Positions 28,919 through 38,937 of a DNA stretch of 64,000 nucleotides are shown here, piece by piece. Numbering within the stretch: position 1 is the first letter of the stretch; each line of letters opens with the position of its first letter. Below the pieces are notes generated by a model. It ran no database searches and was not told where the DNA came from. It saw nothing but the letters and a program-made list of their open reading frames with translations. This DNA is from Candidatus Micrarchaeota archaeon (GTDB lineage: Archaea > Micrarchaeota > Micrarchaeia > Micrarchaeales > CABMGC01): the NCBI GenBank assembly GCA_021848065.1, contig JAJZNA010000016.1:49044-113043 (forward strand). Direction: 5' to 3'. The translations under genes were made by a program, and so were the position numbers.

Positions 28919-30658
28919 ATGATTATAGGGTATATCTTCACTGCAGTATACATAATCCTATTGCTTGTGCTCACGTCGTCAGTATGGGTGTCCAGAAAGT
29001 CTGTGAGGAAGGCATTCTCGGGCAGGGTAGACTGGAAATATGCAGCTGTTGCAGTAGCAATAACTCTTTTTTTTGTAATTTTTTCTCTAGTCTACGTGCA
29101 TCCGGTGGAGCAACTTTATTTCGACGAGAACATATACCAGGGCATTGCGCTGAACATACTGCACAACGGCAATGCACTGTGGTGCCAGTATGGCGGGGCA
29201 TACACAGCAAATTGCCAGGTAAACCAGCTTTACCATGATCCTGTAGAATGGTCTTTCTATCTTGCAATTTCATTCTTCCTCTTCGGTGCAGGGATACAGA
29301 CTGCGTACGGCATGCAGCTGCTGGCCGGGGCCCTGTCCATATTGTTCGCGTTCCTGCTTGGATCCCTGCTGCTGGGAAAGAGGGGAGGCATAGCCACCGC
29401 GGTTGTATTGGCGCTTATACCTGAGATGTTAATATGGTCCAGGACGCAGGCCGTACCGGACCTCGCATTCATGACCTTCAGTACGCTCGCCTTCCTATTC
29501 TATGTGGTATACGATAGGGTTAAAACCGCAGGCACTCTTGCCATGTTCCTCTCGGCTTTAGGCATCGCACTCTATATGCGCATCGAGGGCGTGCTTCTTG
29601 TACCGATCTTCATTTTGATATACTTGTTCGGTGAGAACCGTTCGGAAGTGGCGAAGCGCCTTAAGGGCCTATTAAGCAGAAAGGCAGGCCATAGTGGTCT
29701 GATCCTGTTCCTGTTTTTCCTGGGCCTGGTGCCGCAGATATACTATATCGCATACCAGCTCAACAACCTTGACTATGGCGCAGGCCAGATATGCAACCTC
29801 ACCAGCAATAGCACCTTCTCGATACAGAACTTCATGTGCAATGCCCCAGCCAATTTTGCATACTTCCTTGGCAACTACAACAGCGTGAGCTACTATCCAA
29901 CCTACTTCTCGCCCATCACCACAATCATTGCAGTTGTTGGCGCAGTGGCGCTTGTCATTGCAAGGAGGCGTGGTGTGCGCAAGATATTCATAATGCTTGG
30001 CCTGTGGATATTCGTATACTACTTATTCTTTGACTTCTTCTACGCAGGGTCGGTTACATATGGCGTTGACGTACGCTTCATGCTGCAGCTGTATCCTGCC
30101 ATAGCCATATTTGCCGCGGCAGGGCTCGACCTTATAAGCGAAGCGGTTCCAGACCTCGTATCCAAGGCCGCAGGCAGGAGAATGGGGCAGAAGCAGCATA
30201 CTCTTCTCTCCGGTGCCGTGTTCATCGTCCTTATAGCCGCATTTGCAGTGTCCCCATTCATGGCAGCACTAAACATAACAACCATATCGCCGCAGAACAT
30301 GCCCCAGGAGGGACAGGCCTTCCCGGCAACAAACTTCATATATGCAAACTACAATTCAGTGCCTGCCAACTGCCTTGTATTCTCATTCACTCCGGACATA
30401 TGGTACCAGCTCAACAGGAGCGCTGCGCAGATAGGGTATCTCGGATCGTCAGATGCCAATTTCACGAAGTTCGCATCAGGCTACAGCTGCTATGTCCTTG
30501 ATTACGGGTACTGGTGCGTAGTGCCCCCGTACCAGGAAAGCACCTGCCTAAGCGATATAACCCAGTACAATGTGACCAGCATAGTATCTGAGAATTATCC
30601 AGCCATAGGGACCAGCAAGGTGGCATTGTACTGGATAAACGACTACAATTCCACATGA
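28919..30658 (+). CDS. GT-C membrane glycosyltransferase (PMT_2/ArnT-like)
   Basis: 579-aa polytopic ORF. HPVEQLYFDENIYQGIALNILHNGN in the first loop resembles the ArnT/PMT_2 DE motif. The C-terminal soluble part has N-x-S/T sequons. Confidence 0.6.
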   Translation: MIIGYIFTAVYIILLLVLTSSVWVSRKSVRKAFSGRVDWKYAAVAVAITLFFVIFSLVYVHPVEQLYFDENIYQGIALNILHNGNALWCQYGGAYTANCQVNQLYHDPVEWSFYLAISFFLFGAGIQTAYGMQLLAGALSILFAFLLGSLLLGKRGGIATAVVLALIPEMLIWSRTQAVPDLAFMTFSTLAFLFYVVYDRVKTAGTLAMFLSALGIALYMRIEGVLLVPIFILIYLFGENRSEVAKRLKGLLSRKAGHSGLILFLFFLGLVPQIYYIAYQLNNLDYGAGQICNLTSNSTFSIQNFMCNAPANFAYFLGNYNSVSYYPTYFSPITTIIAVVGAVALVIARRRGVRKIFIMLGLWIFVYYLFFDFFYAGSVTYGVDVRFMLQLYPAIAIFAAAGLDLISEAVPDLVSKAAGRRMGQKQHTLLSGAVFIVLIAAFAVSPFMAALNITTISPQNMPQEGQAFPATNFIYANYNSVPANCLVFSFTPDIWYQLNRSAAQIGYLGSSDANFTKFASGYSCYVLDYGYWCVVPPYQESTCLSDITQYNVTSIVSENYPAIGTSKVALYWINDYNST

Positions 30659-30754
30659 CATCACCTTTCTACATATCCCATAGCTTTAAATTGTTAATTT
30701 GCTTAATACTTGTGGGTCTGTGGTGTTATGTCTGGGAATAAGAATAATAAGGGC

Positions 30755-31687
30755 ATGATGAAGGCTGTACGGATACACGAGTACGGCAATTCTGACGTCT
30801 TAAGGTATGAGGATGCCGAAGTGCCGCAAGTTAATGGCAACGACGTCCTTGTACGCGTAGAATATGCCGGAGTAAATCCTATGGATTGGAAAGTCCGTGA
30901 GGGATATTTCAAAGAAGCCATACCTTTGAAGATGCCTGCAACACTTGGCATAGACTTCGCAGGCACGGTCGAGAAGGTAGGTGATAAGGTAAAACGGTTC
31001 AAGCCTGGTGACAAGGTGTTCTCCCGGGCGGACTTCACACGCGGCGGAAGCTATGCCGAATATGTGGCGGTTGATGCAAACCAACCTGCACACGTGCCGA
31101 AGTCGCTGTCGGTAAAGGAGGCAGCCACAGTGCCTGTTGCGTATGGCACAGCATACAACGGGCTCTTCACCACGGCAGGGCTTAAATCAGGCCAGAAGGT
31201 ATTGATTACCGGAGCGTCAGGCGGCGTCGGAATTGCTGCAGTGCAACTTGCGAAGAGTGCAGGCGCATATGTTGCCGGCACTACGTCCGCAGCGAACGTG
31301 CCCATGGTGAAATCGCTGGGAGCTGACCAGGTTATAGACTACACTTCAACAGACTTCAGCAAACAGGTGTCAGGGATGGATGTTGTCTTTGATACTGTTG
31401 GGGGAGATACCCTGGATAGGGCATATGCTGTGCTCAAGAAGGGAGGAGTGATAGTCTCCACCGCAGGGCAGCCCAACGCATCTTTAGAGGCCAAGTACGG
31501 GGTTGTTGCCAGGCCGCTAAAGAATGTGACGGACGGGAAGCTCCTGGAGGATCTGGCAAGGCTTTTCGATAACGGGAAGCTGAAGGTTGTGCTGGAGAAG
31601 GAGTTCACAATGTCGGATATCAAGGCTGCACACGACCTAAGCCAAAGCAGGAAGGCAAGAGGAAAGATAGTTGTCAGGGTGGAATGA
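30755..31687 (+). CDS. Zinc-type/MDR NAD(P)H:quinone oxidoreductase
   Basis: MMKAVRIHEYG...VLVRVEYAGVNPMDWKVREG and VLITGASGGVGIAAVQLAK (Rossmann motif). The track ORF begins upstream at 30710. Confidence 0.8.
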   Translation: MMKAVRIHEYGNSDVLRYEDAEVPQVNGNDVLVRVEYAGVNPMDWKVREGYFKEAIPLKMPATLGIDFAGTVEKVGDKVKRFKPGDKVFSRADFTRGGSYAEYVAVDANQPAHVPKSLSVKEAATVPVAYGTAYNGLFTTAGLKSGQKVLITGASGGVGIAAVQLAKSAGAYVAGTTSAANVPMVKSLGADQVIDYTSTDFSKQVSGMDVVFDTVGGDTLDRAYAVLKKGGVIVSTAGQPNASLEAKYGVVARPLKNVTDGKLLEDLARLFDNGKLKVVLEKEFTMSDIKAAHDLSQSRKARGKIVVRVE

Positions 31688-31867
31688 TCTACTGCCTGCA
31701 AGACAAGGGTATGCGGCACTATGAACCAGCACATCAATACCATTATAAAAGGTTCTTTTCGGTGCAGAGGGCAATTATAGAAAGATTTAAATATCTTGTC
31801 ATACACAAAAGTATTGCTTATTTTTAAAAAGGTTTGTATTTGGACGTAACGCTCAAGGTGCTGAAAA

Positions 31868-32905
31868 ATGGCAAAAATAAAAAAAGCTTCAAAAAATGAA
31901 ACGGAAGAACAGACGGGAGATGTGGGACAGGAAGCGCACACAGAACCTGAATTTGCACCAAGACCGGCTGAGGGGCCGAGAATGTTGGATCAGGGCGCTG
32001 ACATAAAGAAGTGTCCAAGCTGTGGTAGCAACGACATAATCTTCGATAATGAAAGGGGGGAGTATGTATGCAACAACTGCGGCCTTATAATAGAGGAGAA
32101 CGTCACGGACGTAGGCCCAGAGTGGAGGGCTTTCGATGCCGATCAGAGGAATGCAAGGGCAAGGACCGGAGCGCCAATAAAGTACATGAAGCCCAACAAG
32201 GGCCTTGTTACTGAAATAGACATGTATAATAAGGACATTCGTGGCACAAAGCTGCCTTCAAAGAGACAGGCACAGCTCTACAGGATGAGGAAGTGGCACA
32301 AGAGGGCAAGCATAGCAAGCTCCAGCGAGAGGAACTATCTCATAGCCCTTCCTGAGCTTAACCGAGTGGCAAGCTATCTTGGCCTTCCTGATAACATAAG
32401 GGAGCAGGCAGCCCTGCTTTACAGGCAATGTGTCAAGAACAACCTGATAAGGGGCAGGCCAATAGAGACCGTGGTAAACGCCGCGCTTTACGCTACATGC
32501 AGGGATGCAGGAATGCCTCGCACTCTCGATGAGATAGCGCAGGTTTCAGGCGTGCCCAAGAAGGAGATAGGTAGGTCGTTTAGGGTCATAGCGCACGAAC
32601 TGCGACTCAAGATACCGCTTACGGATCCATCAAGCTATGTGCCAAGGTATGTGTCTGCGCTTAAACTCAGCGGAGATGCCCAGGAGAAGGCGGTAATGCT
32701 TCTCAAGCAGGCCATGAAGAAGGGCCTCGTGAGCGGCAGGAGCCCTACTGGCGTATCTGCGGCTGCAGTGTACATAGCAGGCGCATTGGCCGGTGAGAGG
32801 AGAACGCAGAAGGAGGTTGCGGACGTGGCCGGAGTAACTGAAGTTACGATAAGGAATAGGTACAGGGAGCTCAAGAAGGAGCTCGACATAGACGTTAACC
32901 TCTGA
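31868..32905 (+). CDS. tfb: Transcription initiation factor B (TFB)
   Basis: Zn-ribbon CPSCGSNDIIFDNERGEYVCNNCG, B-finger/linker GPEWRAF, and two cyclin-like repeats. AGGTG lies 9 nt before the ATG. There is a ~38-aa N-terminal extension before the ribbon. Confidence 0.93.
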   Translation: MAKIKKASKNETEEQTGDVGQEAHTEPEFAPRPAEGPRMLDQGADIKKCPSCGSNDIIFDNERGEYVCNNCGLIIEENVTDVGPEWRAFDADQRNARARTGAPIKYMKPNKGLVTEIDMYNKDIRGTKLPSKRQAQLYRMRKWHKRASIASSSERNYLIALPELNRVASYLGLPDNIREQAALLYRQCVKNNLIRGRPIETVVNAALYATCRDAGMPRTLDEIAQVSGVPKKEIGRSFRVIAHELRLKIPLTDPSSYVPRYVSALKLSGDAQEKAVMLLKQAMKKGLVSGRSPTGVSAAAVYIAGALAGERRTQKEVADVAGVTEVTIRNRYRELKKELDIDVNL

Positions 32906-32924
32906 CATCTGCGATGGTAATCCA

Positions 32925-33332
32925 ATGCAGAGATACGTGCTCGTGGTACTTGCCCTGGCCTTGATGCCAGGGCTTATTTATTCCTACAGCAGCATAAGCC
33001 AGCAGAATTACACGCCGGCGTATGCAAATGCGCTTGTGGCCAACGTGTCCAATTATGTGGAGCTGGTGAACCAGAGCTCATATCTGGTATTCCACCCCGA
33101 TCTCTCTGGCGCTTACTTCAATCTTACTCTGGCACAGGGAAACATAACCTCCAATCCGTCAGCGTCTGTTCTTTATGCCCAGAAGGCCAACAAGTCTGCG
33201 TACAACCAGTATCTTGAACTGCAGTACAGCAAAGGCACGGCACTACCCGTGATAGTAGCTTTCACACTGGCAATGCTCATTGTGCTTTATAAGGTAATGG
33301 TGCCAGTAAAGAAGTCCCAGAGAAAGAGGTAA
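32925..33332 (+). CDS. Hypothetical secreted, C-terminally anchored protein
   Basis: N-terminal signal-like VLVVLALALMPGLIY, sequons (NYT, NVS, NQS, NLT, NIT, NKS), and a C-terminal TM LPVIVAFTLAMLIVLY. Confidence 0.45.
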   Translation: MQRYVLVVLALALMPGLIYSYSSISQQNYTPAYANALVANVSNYVELVNQSSYLVFHPDLSGAYFNLTLAQGNITSNPSASVLYAQKANKSAYNQYLELQYSKGTALPVIVAFTLAMLIVLYKVMVPVKKSQRKR

Positions 33333-33336
33333 CTGT

Positions 33337-34608
33337 ATGGTGGCCAAAGATTCTGTTTTGAGCAGATGTCGAAATAAGGATGGCAAGTTCGAGGTGATGC
33401 CGATGGTGCGCCTTGACACTGCGGAGTCGCTCTCAGTCCATTACACTCCAGGCATATCCTATCTATGCGAGGAGATAAGCAAGGACCCTGAAAAGGCGTA
33501 CGAATACACTTCAAAGTCTAACACAATAGCCATAGTATCGGATGGAACGAGGATATTGGGGCTTGGGAAGATAGGCCCAACTGCAGGTTTGCCTGTAATG
33601 GAAGGGAAGTCCGTCCTGTTCAAGAAGTTCGGCGGGGTCAATGCTGTTCCCATATGCGTCAACACAACTGACGAGGACAAGATAGTGGAGCTCGTCTCCA
33701 ACCTTGCGCCATCGTTCGGAGGCATCAACATAGAGGACATAGAATCCCCGAAGAGCTTCAGGATAGCCAGCAGGCTTGAAGATGCCCTGGACATACCCGT
33801 ATTCCACGATGACAGGCAGGGGACAGGAGTTGTAGCTCTTGCCGCGCTCCTCAACGCGCTTAAACTTGTCGGGAAGGGAAAATCTGCAAAGATAATAGTC
33901 AACGGCGCCGGATCCGCGGGATTCGGAATAGTCTCGCAGCTGGTCCATTCAGGATTCCACAACATAATAGCGCTAGACAAGGAAGGTGCAATATACAAGG
34001 GGCGCAAGGACACCTCCAACATCTTCAAGCAGCAGATAGGGGAGATGACAAACAAGGAGCGCAAGAGCGGAAGCCTTGATGATGTTGTGGAAGGCGCAGA
34101 CGTACTGATAGGCGCATCGATGAAGGGGGCATTCAAGCCAAGCCACATAAAGAAGATGGCCGACAAGCCGATAGTCTTCGCACTTGCAAACCCCGACCCT
34201 GAAATAAGTTACGATGAGGCGAAGGAGGCCGGGGCATATATCGTGGCCACAGGAAGGAGCGATTATCCAAACCAGGTAAACAACCTACTGGCATTTCCCG
34301 GCATAATGCGAGGGCTGCTGGATTCGAGGGCCAAGAAAATAGACTATGAGATGCTCTACAGTGCGGCAGTCGAGATTGCCAACGGGGTGGGAAAAGACCT
34401 CAGCTGCGACAGGATAATACCGAGCCCTCTAGAAAAGGGATTTCTTGAGCACTTGGTGCCCAGAATAGCTGCGGCCGTAGCGAGGACTGCCGTGGAATCG
34501 GGCCAGGCAAGGGTCCACATATCGCATGAACGCGCAATGGAGAAGGCATCCGCCCTGATAGGGCGTTATTCCAAAATAGAGAAGATGCTTGACGGCATTC
34601 TTTATTGA
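33337..34608 (+). CDS. NAD(P)-dependent malic enzyme (short form, no PTA domain)
   Basis: LSVHYTPGISYLC...NTIAIVSDGTRILGLGKIGPTAGLPVMEGKSVLFKKFGG and GAGSAG are malic-enzyme signatures. Confidence 0.9.
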   Translation: MVAKDSVLSRCRNKDGKFEVMPMVRLDTAESLSVHYTPGISYLCEEISKDPEKAYEYTSKSNTIAIVSDGTRILGLGKIGPTAGLPVMEGKSVLFKKFGGVNAVPICVNTTDEDKIVELVSNLAPSFGGINIEDIESPKSFRIASRLEDALDIPVFHDDRQGTGVVALAALLNALKLVGKGKSAKIIVNGAGSAGFGIVSQLVHSGFHNIIALDKEGAIYKGRKDTSNIFKQQIGEMTNKERKSGSLDDVVEGADVLIGASMKGAFKPSHIKKMADKPIVFALANPDPEISYDEAKEAGAYIVATGRSDYPNQVNNLLAFPGIMRGLLDSRAKKIDYEMLYSAAVEIANGVGKDLSCDRIIPSPLEKGFLEHLVPRIAAAVARTAVESGQARVHISHERAMEKASALIGRYSKIEKMLDGILY

Positions 34609-34940
34609 CGCAGTGCGCCATTGAAAAGCTGTTTTGCAGAGAGCCCGATAACTGCTGTTAGGGCATCGGTAGTAAAGCCTCTCCCGCTTTCATCTGGGTC
34701 ACACCCGCGTACTGCTACCACTGTGCCGTCTTTGGAATTTTTCACTATAATCTCTACGCCAGGTTTAAAGCCAGGCAGACCCTCCAGTGTACTGCGTACT
34801 TCATCACCGCTAAGCCTTCCAGGCACTTTCACGAGCCAAAAGGGCATCTGCCCCTCTTCGCCCAGCCTCAAAGCTTCTTCTCTAGCCGAAAAGCGGCATT
34901 CAGGCCCTAGCTGCCGGGCCGGTCTTCTGAATAAGGCCAT
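34602..34940 (-). CDS. Hypothetical protein
   Basis: 112-aa ORF filling the gap. No motif recognised. Confidence 0.35.
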   Translation of the reverse strand: MALFRRPARQLGPECRFSAREEALRLGEEGQMPFWLVKVPGRLSGDEVRSTLEGLPGFKPGVEIIVKNSKDGTVVAVRGCDPDESGRGFTTDALTAVIGLSAKQLFNGALRQ

Positions 34941-35051
34941 TGAAATCAGGTAGTCTACAAAGGCACGGCATTATATTTAAACCTTCCAGGGATCCGTATG
35001 GAGGGCGCACCGTTTTTAAACCTGCGCAGCTAATCATTATGAGGTATATGC

Positions 35052-35738
35052 ATGGCAGACAAGGTTACACTTAAGCAAAAGGCGGCCGTAGAGGCCCTTG
35101 GCGCATTCCTTCTGGTCTTCATAGGGGGCGGAGCGATAATAACTTCGTCATATTTCTTTCCGGCAAGCTCTTCACAGCTCCTGATAGTTGCACTTGCACA
35201 CGGAATAGCACTGGCAATAGCCGTCTCGATAGCCATGAACATATCTGGAGGGCACATCAATCCTGCAGTGACAATATCGATGCTGGTAACGAAAAGGATA
35301 AAGCCAGGCGATGCAGCTGTCTACATCATCTCGCAGGTAATAGGTGCAGTAATAGGCGCTGCGGCACTCCTGGCATTCCCTGCACAGGTTGGTGCAATGT
35401 CCAACTGGGGAGTACTTTCCGTGAATCCAATGGTCAGCACAGTTGGAGCCATAGCAATAGAGGCACTTATAACATTCATACTTGTGCTTGCAGTATTCGG
35501 AACTGCCGTTGACAAGCGCGCGCCTAAGATAGCCGGATTCGGCATAGGCCTTGCTCTAATGATCGACATACTGGTCGCAGGCCCGTACACAGGTGCGGCT
35601 GCGAACCCTGCCAGGGCATTGGGTCCTGAGATAGCAACGCTTAACTTTGCAAACTGGTATGTATATTGGATAGGCCCGATAATAGGCGCTGTAATCGCAG
35701 CACTTCTGTACGAGTACCTCGTGATAAGAAGGAAGTAA
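35052..35738 (+). CDS. Aquaporin/MIP-family channel
   Basis: Two NPA boxes (SGGHINPAVT and GAAANPARALGP) in a 6-TM 228-aa ORF. Confidence 0.9.
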   Translation: MADKVTLKQKAAVEALGAFLLVFIGGGAIITSSYFFPASSSQLLIVALAHGIALAIAVSIAMNISGGHINPAVTISMLVTKRIKPGDAAVYIISQVIGAVIGAAALLAFPAQVGAMSNWGVLSVNPMVSTVGAIAIEALITFILVLAVFGTAVDKRAPKIAGFGIGLALMIDILVAGPYTGAAANPARALGPEIATLNFANWYVYWIGPIIGAVIAALLYEYLVIRRK

Positions 35739-35793
35739 CGCCTATGTAAAAATTGTTGTGCCTCACGGCCATACGCATGCCTGAGGCGATAAC

Positions 35794-36330
35794 ATGCCAA
35801 GAATGGCTACTACAAGCTGTCTCGATGAAGTATCCCGGCATCTTTCCGATGCAAGAGCAGCGCTCCTGCTAGCGTTCTCCAGGTCTTCGGATGCAGAGCA
35901 AAACATGGCACATACGTTTTATGCCTTGGAGTACTATTCGGACGCTGCAGAGGCGCTGAGAGGCACAGGGGAGCATGCGCCTAAATCATTGTATACCTAT
36001 GTCCAGGTATGTCTTGGGGACGCCAATACCACGATGGCAAGGCTGGCGATGGTATCAGGCTATTGGGAGCTTGCCGCATCGTCATCCGTGGAGGCCGTGA
36101 GGGCATACAAAGAAGCGCTCTCGGGCCCCTTTGGCCCAGAGGAATTGGCAGGCCTTCCTGACGCATCCGTCCCTAAGGCAGGCATGATGCACATAGGGCA
36201 CCAGGCATTGCTGGAAAGGATAGCAGGCGTTGAGGAAATATTCTGGGAGAGCGTGCAGGAAGCCACGAAGTGCATATCCTATCCAAGCGGATATTGGGAG
36301 GGCATGTTTCGCAGGTTGAAAAGGTTGTGA
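35794..36330 (+). CDS. Hypothetical protein
   Basis: 178-aa ORF, helical. No motif recognised. Confidence 0.35.
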   Translation: MPRMATTSCLDEVSRHLSDARAALLLAFSRSSDAEQNMAHTFYALEYYSDAAEALRGTGEHAPKSLYTYVQVCLGDANTTMARLAMVSGYWELAASSSVEAVRAYKEALSGPFGPEELAGLPDASVPKAGMMHIGHQALLERIAGVEEIFWESVQEATKCISYPSGYWEGMFRRLKRL

Positions 36331-36383
36331 TGCCGCCCGCAAGAAATAATAAGCCTTTTTCCCAAATAGTAGGCGTGTTTAAT

Positions 36384-36857
36384 ATGGTAGAGATAGGAGA
36401 AGAAATGCCCAAGGTAAAACTTGTTGATACGGAATTCAATGAGGTCAGCATACCTGGAGATGCATCAGGAAAGCCGGTAGTGGTGGCCTTTTTCCCAGGC
36501 GCATTCACAAGCGTGTGCACCAAGGAGATGTGCACTTTCAGGGACAGTATGGCCCAGTTCAACTCGGTCAACGCAAAGCTGTATGCGGTGAGCGTGGACG
36601 GGCCGTTCGCCAATAAGGTATTCAGGGATACGAACAAGCTCAACTTCCCCATACTTAGCGACTACAACAGGGAGGCAGTGGAAAAGTTCGACGTGGCTCT
36701 CAACGACTTTGCAAAACTGAAGGGATACACTGCAGCAAAGAGGGCAGTGTTCGTTGCAGACGCTAAAGGCGTGGTAAAATACAGGTGGGTAAGCAATGAC
36801 CCTACAGTAGAGCCTGACTATGCGGAGATAAACAAGGCACTGCAGGAGATCCAGTAA
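36384..36857 (+). CDS. Peroxiredoxin (AhpC/TSA-Redoxin family)
   Basis: VVVAFFPGAFTSVCTKEMCTFRD contains the peroxidatic Cys motif. The start is moved to ATG 36384 (MVEIGEEMPKV) from track ORF 36270. Confidence 0.85.
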   Translation: MVEIGEEMPKVKLVDTEFNEVSIPGDASGKPVVVAFFPGAFTSVCTKEMCTFRDSMAQFNSVNAKLYAVSVDGPFANKVFRDTNKLNFPILSDYNREAVEKFDVALNDFAKLKGYTAAKRAVFVADAKGVVKYRWVSNDPTVEPDYAEINKALQEIQ

Positions 36858-36894
36858 ATACTACAAGGGATTGTGGCATGAGGCCACATCCCTC

Positions 36895-37848
36895 TTATTC
36901 TCCCCCAAGCAGAGCGGCCCATCCGAATCTTTCCACAAGATATGTGGCTGCGCGGTCCCACAAGTAGCCCATCACCTTGTAACCGCCTATGGCGCCGATC
37001 ATTATAAAGGCGGCTTTTGTAAAATTGAATGCAGGTGCAGGATTGGGCAGATTTGATGCCATGTAGAAATAACTTCCTGGAGCATAAGCCGGGCATCCGT
37101 TATGGTTATTGAAAGCGGATACGTCTGCGACAGAGCATCTGACAAGGCGCCCGCCGATAAGGAACCATGCAGAGCTATAATCTATGTTATATCCTTCATT
37201 GCTCACAAGCAAGCCTGTCCAGCTCCACCCTACCCCTGAACCCTTCTCGAAAGAAGGCAGGTCCGGGTTTACGACTTTTATCGAGCCGCCCGCTATCTTA
37301 ACCTCTCTGCACTCGACCTTGGCTGATGATGCTTTTATGTTGCCTACGGTCCAGCACTGGTTTAGTTCCCTTCCGCCAGTCATAGCCAGGGTGCTGCTGC
37401 CTAGGGTGATGAAATGCTTGCTCTGATCGAGAGCCTCAAGCCCGATGGAATTTCCCTTTGAGATAAGGATGCCTCGGATCGCATTCCTGAACCCTTTTAG
37501 CCTCAATGCAACAGGTATGGAATAGCTGCGAGCAGTATGCTGTATTGCAGGAGGGGTCACTGCGCATGCGAATACCGTGTCACCCTTGGCAGTCTCCTCT
37601 GCACACCCTTTCCCAGAGGACCCTGATAGAGCGCCCCTGACTGCCTGCTGTGCGGCAGATAGCATTGCGCTTGAAACATCCGGGCGCCTCATTACCTTAT
37701 ATACCGATGTTGCTGATGGGCTGGAGCCATGCGTTGAGCCTGGTCTGTGATCCGCATGCCCATTGCTCGTGCACCCTGCCACAAAAATTGTGCCAGCAGT
37801 ACCTACCGCAATCAATCCTCTTCTCAGATATTGTTTGCTAATTGCCAT
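36895..37848 (-). CDS. Putative Tat-exported lipoprotein, function unknown
   Basis: MAISKQYLRRGLIAVGTAGTIFVAGCTSNG combines a twin-Arg, a hydrophobic core and a lipobox-like AGC. There is a hydrophobic C-terminus (AAFIMIGAIGGYKVMGYLW). The track ORF starts at 37875. Confidence 0.5.
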   Translation of the reverse strand: MAISKQYLRRGLIAVGTAGTIFVAGCTSNGHADHRPGSTHGSSPSATSVYKVMRRPDVSSAMLSAAQQAVRGALSGSSGKGCAEETAKGDTVFACAVTPPAIQHTARSYSIPVALRLKGFRNAIRGILISKGNSIGLEALDQSKHFITLGSSTLAMTGGRELNQCWTVGNIKASSAKVECREVKIAGGSIKVVNPDLPSFEKGSGVGWSWTGLLVSNEGYNIDYSSAWFLIGGRLVRCSVADVSAFNNHNGCPAYAPGSYFYMASNLPNPAPAFNFTKAAFIMIGAIGGYKVMGYLWDRAATYLVERFGWAALLGGE

Positions 37849-37993
37849 GATAATACAAGGCTCAAATTCAATCAAATTTTAAAAACCTTTCCTACGAATG
37901 CATGCTACCTTCACATACGAAACGGTAAAGTGTCTTTTGTAGGCATTCTGAAGATTAAGCCCGACAGGTTCAATGGCTATAGTATGGCAGAAA

Positions 37994-38839
37994 TCATTTG
38001 CCTACAATTTTAAAAGGATTGCCTTGCTTCATCATTATCTTCTTGGACCTCAGGGTTGCATATTCAATCAGTTTTGACGTTCCGGCTGCTAAGCCAGCGA
38101 CCATGGCAGAGAGGCTGCCTAGTATGACCAGCATATCGCTTGTGGACAACCACTCCTTGAATAATGCAAATGTGACTGCTGCTGATGCGAGGCCGACAGT
38201 GGCCGGGTGCGATGCAAATCTTTTAGACATGTTCTTCTTGGAGCTTTGTTTTTGCCCCTTCGCCTTTCTCTTCGCTACAAAAGGCGCAGTTACCGTTGTA
38301 GCCATGGCGAGCAATACTACGGTTGTTCTGGAATAGTTGAGGTCCCTCATCGCATACGCGCATGAGGCCACAGCATATGCCGATGATGACAAGACGAATG
38401 CAAGTGTTCTTTTATAGGTCTTTGTTGCAAGCTCCACTATGGCCACTTTGGCATGGGCTTGGCGCGCCAGGTCGTAGGCGATTTTGTTCCGTATTTTCCT
38501 AGTTTCACGTCTAAGTTCCTTCAATCCAGTTATCCCTACTGCCTCTAAAACGCCTGCATCTGATGCCTGCACATAAGACTGAGTTAGCCTTATGCCCCTT
38601 GTCATCCCCGCCCGGTACGTGTACGCACCGCTTCTGGCTGCAATCCGAAACAGTTCTGCCGTTCTTAGACTAGCATCTATACGCGAATTAGTCGTAGCTT
38701 TGCTATAGGTCAAATTATTGGCTGGGTCTACGCATGCTCTAAGCGCGGCAATGCACTGGTCTATTTCACGCATGTGCCTTATTTTAGCTGCTGAGCCTTC
38801 AGGCGGAGCAAGCCTAGTCTTGAATGGGATTCGCGGCAT
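37994..38839 (-). CDS. Hypothetical membrane protein
   Basis: 281-aa ORF with a helical N-half and several hydrophobic segments in the C-half. No motif recognised. Confidence 0.45.
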   Translation of the reverse strand: MPRIPFKTRLAPPEGSAAKIRHMREIDQCIAALRACVDPANNLTYSKATTNSRIDASLRTAELFRIAARSGAYTYRAGMTRGIRLTQSYVQASDAGVLEAVGITGLKELRRETRKIRNKIAYDLARQAHAKVAIVELATKTYKRTLAFVLSSSAYAVASCAYAMRDLNYSRTTVVLLAMATTVTAPFVAKRKAKGQKQSSKKNMSKRFASHPATVGLASAAVTFALFKEWLSTSDMLVILGSLSAMVAGLAAGTSKLIEYATLRSKKIMMKQGNPFKIVGK

Positions 38840-38866
38840 CTCTATCCATATCTTGGGGATTTTTCT

Positions 38867-38875
38867 GATATTTAA
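38867..38875 (-). promoter_or_regulatory. TATA box (TTAAATATC) of the 37994..38839 gene
   Basis: Minus strand reads GGTTAAATATCAGAAAA, ending 27 nt before the ATG. This matches the window-wide TATA consensus TTTAAATATC. Confidence 0.45.
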
Positions 38876-38924
38876 CCTCTTGCAGTATATTTATAAACCA
38901 TAAAACCAGATATCCAACATTATC

Positions 38925-38937
38925 TTAGAAATTCTAA
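38925..38937. repeat. Palindrome copy 1: TTAGAAATTCTAA (perfect 6-1-6)
   Basis: Read directly. It is its own reverse complement apart from the central base. Confidence 0.9.

Noticed and set aside
38861-38880. Shared leader-like sequence AATATCAGAAAA.TCC upstream of genes 37994..38839 and 40397..41017. A related AAATATCACCCAAATC lies upstream of 41935..42333.
   Set aside because: At first it looked like a duplicated 5' UTR. The conserved part is simply the TATA box (TTAAATATC) at the normal distance from the ATG. It matches the consensus seen at tuf and tfb promoters, so it is not island-specific.
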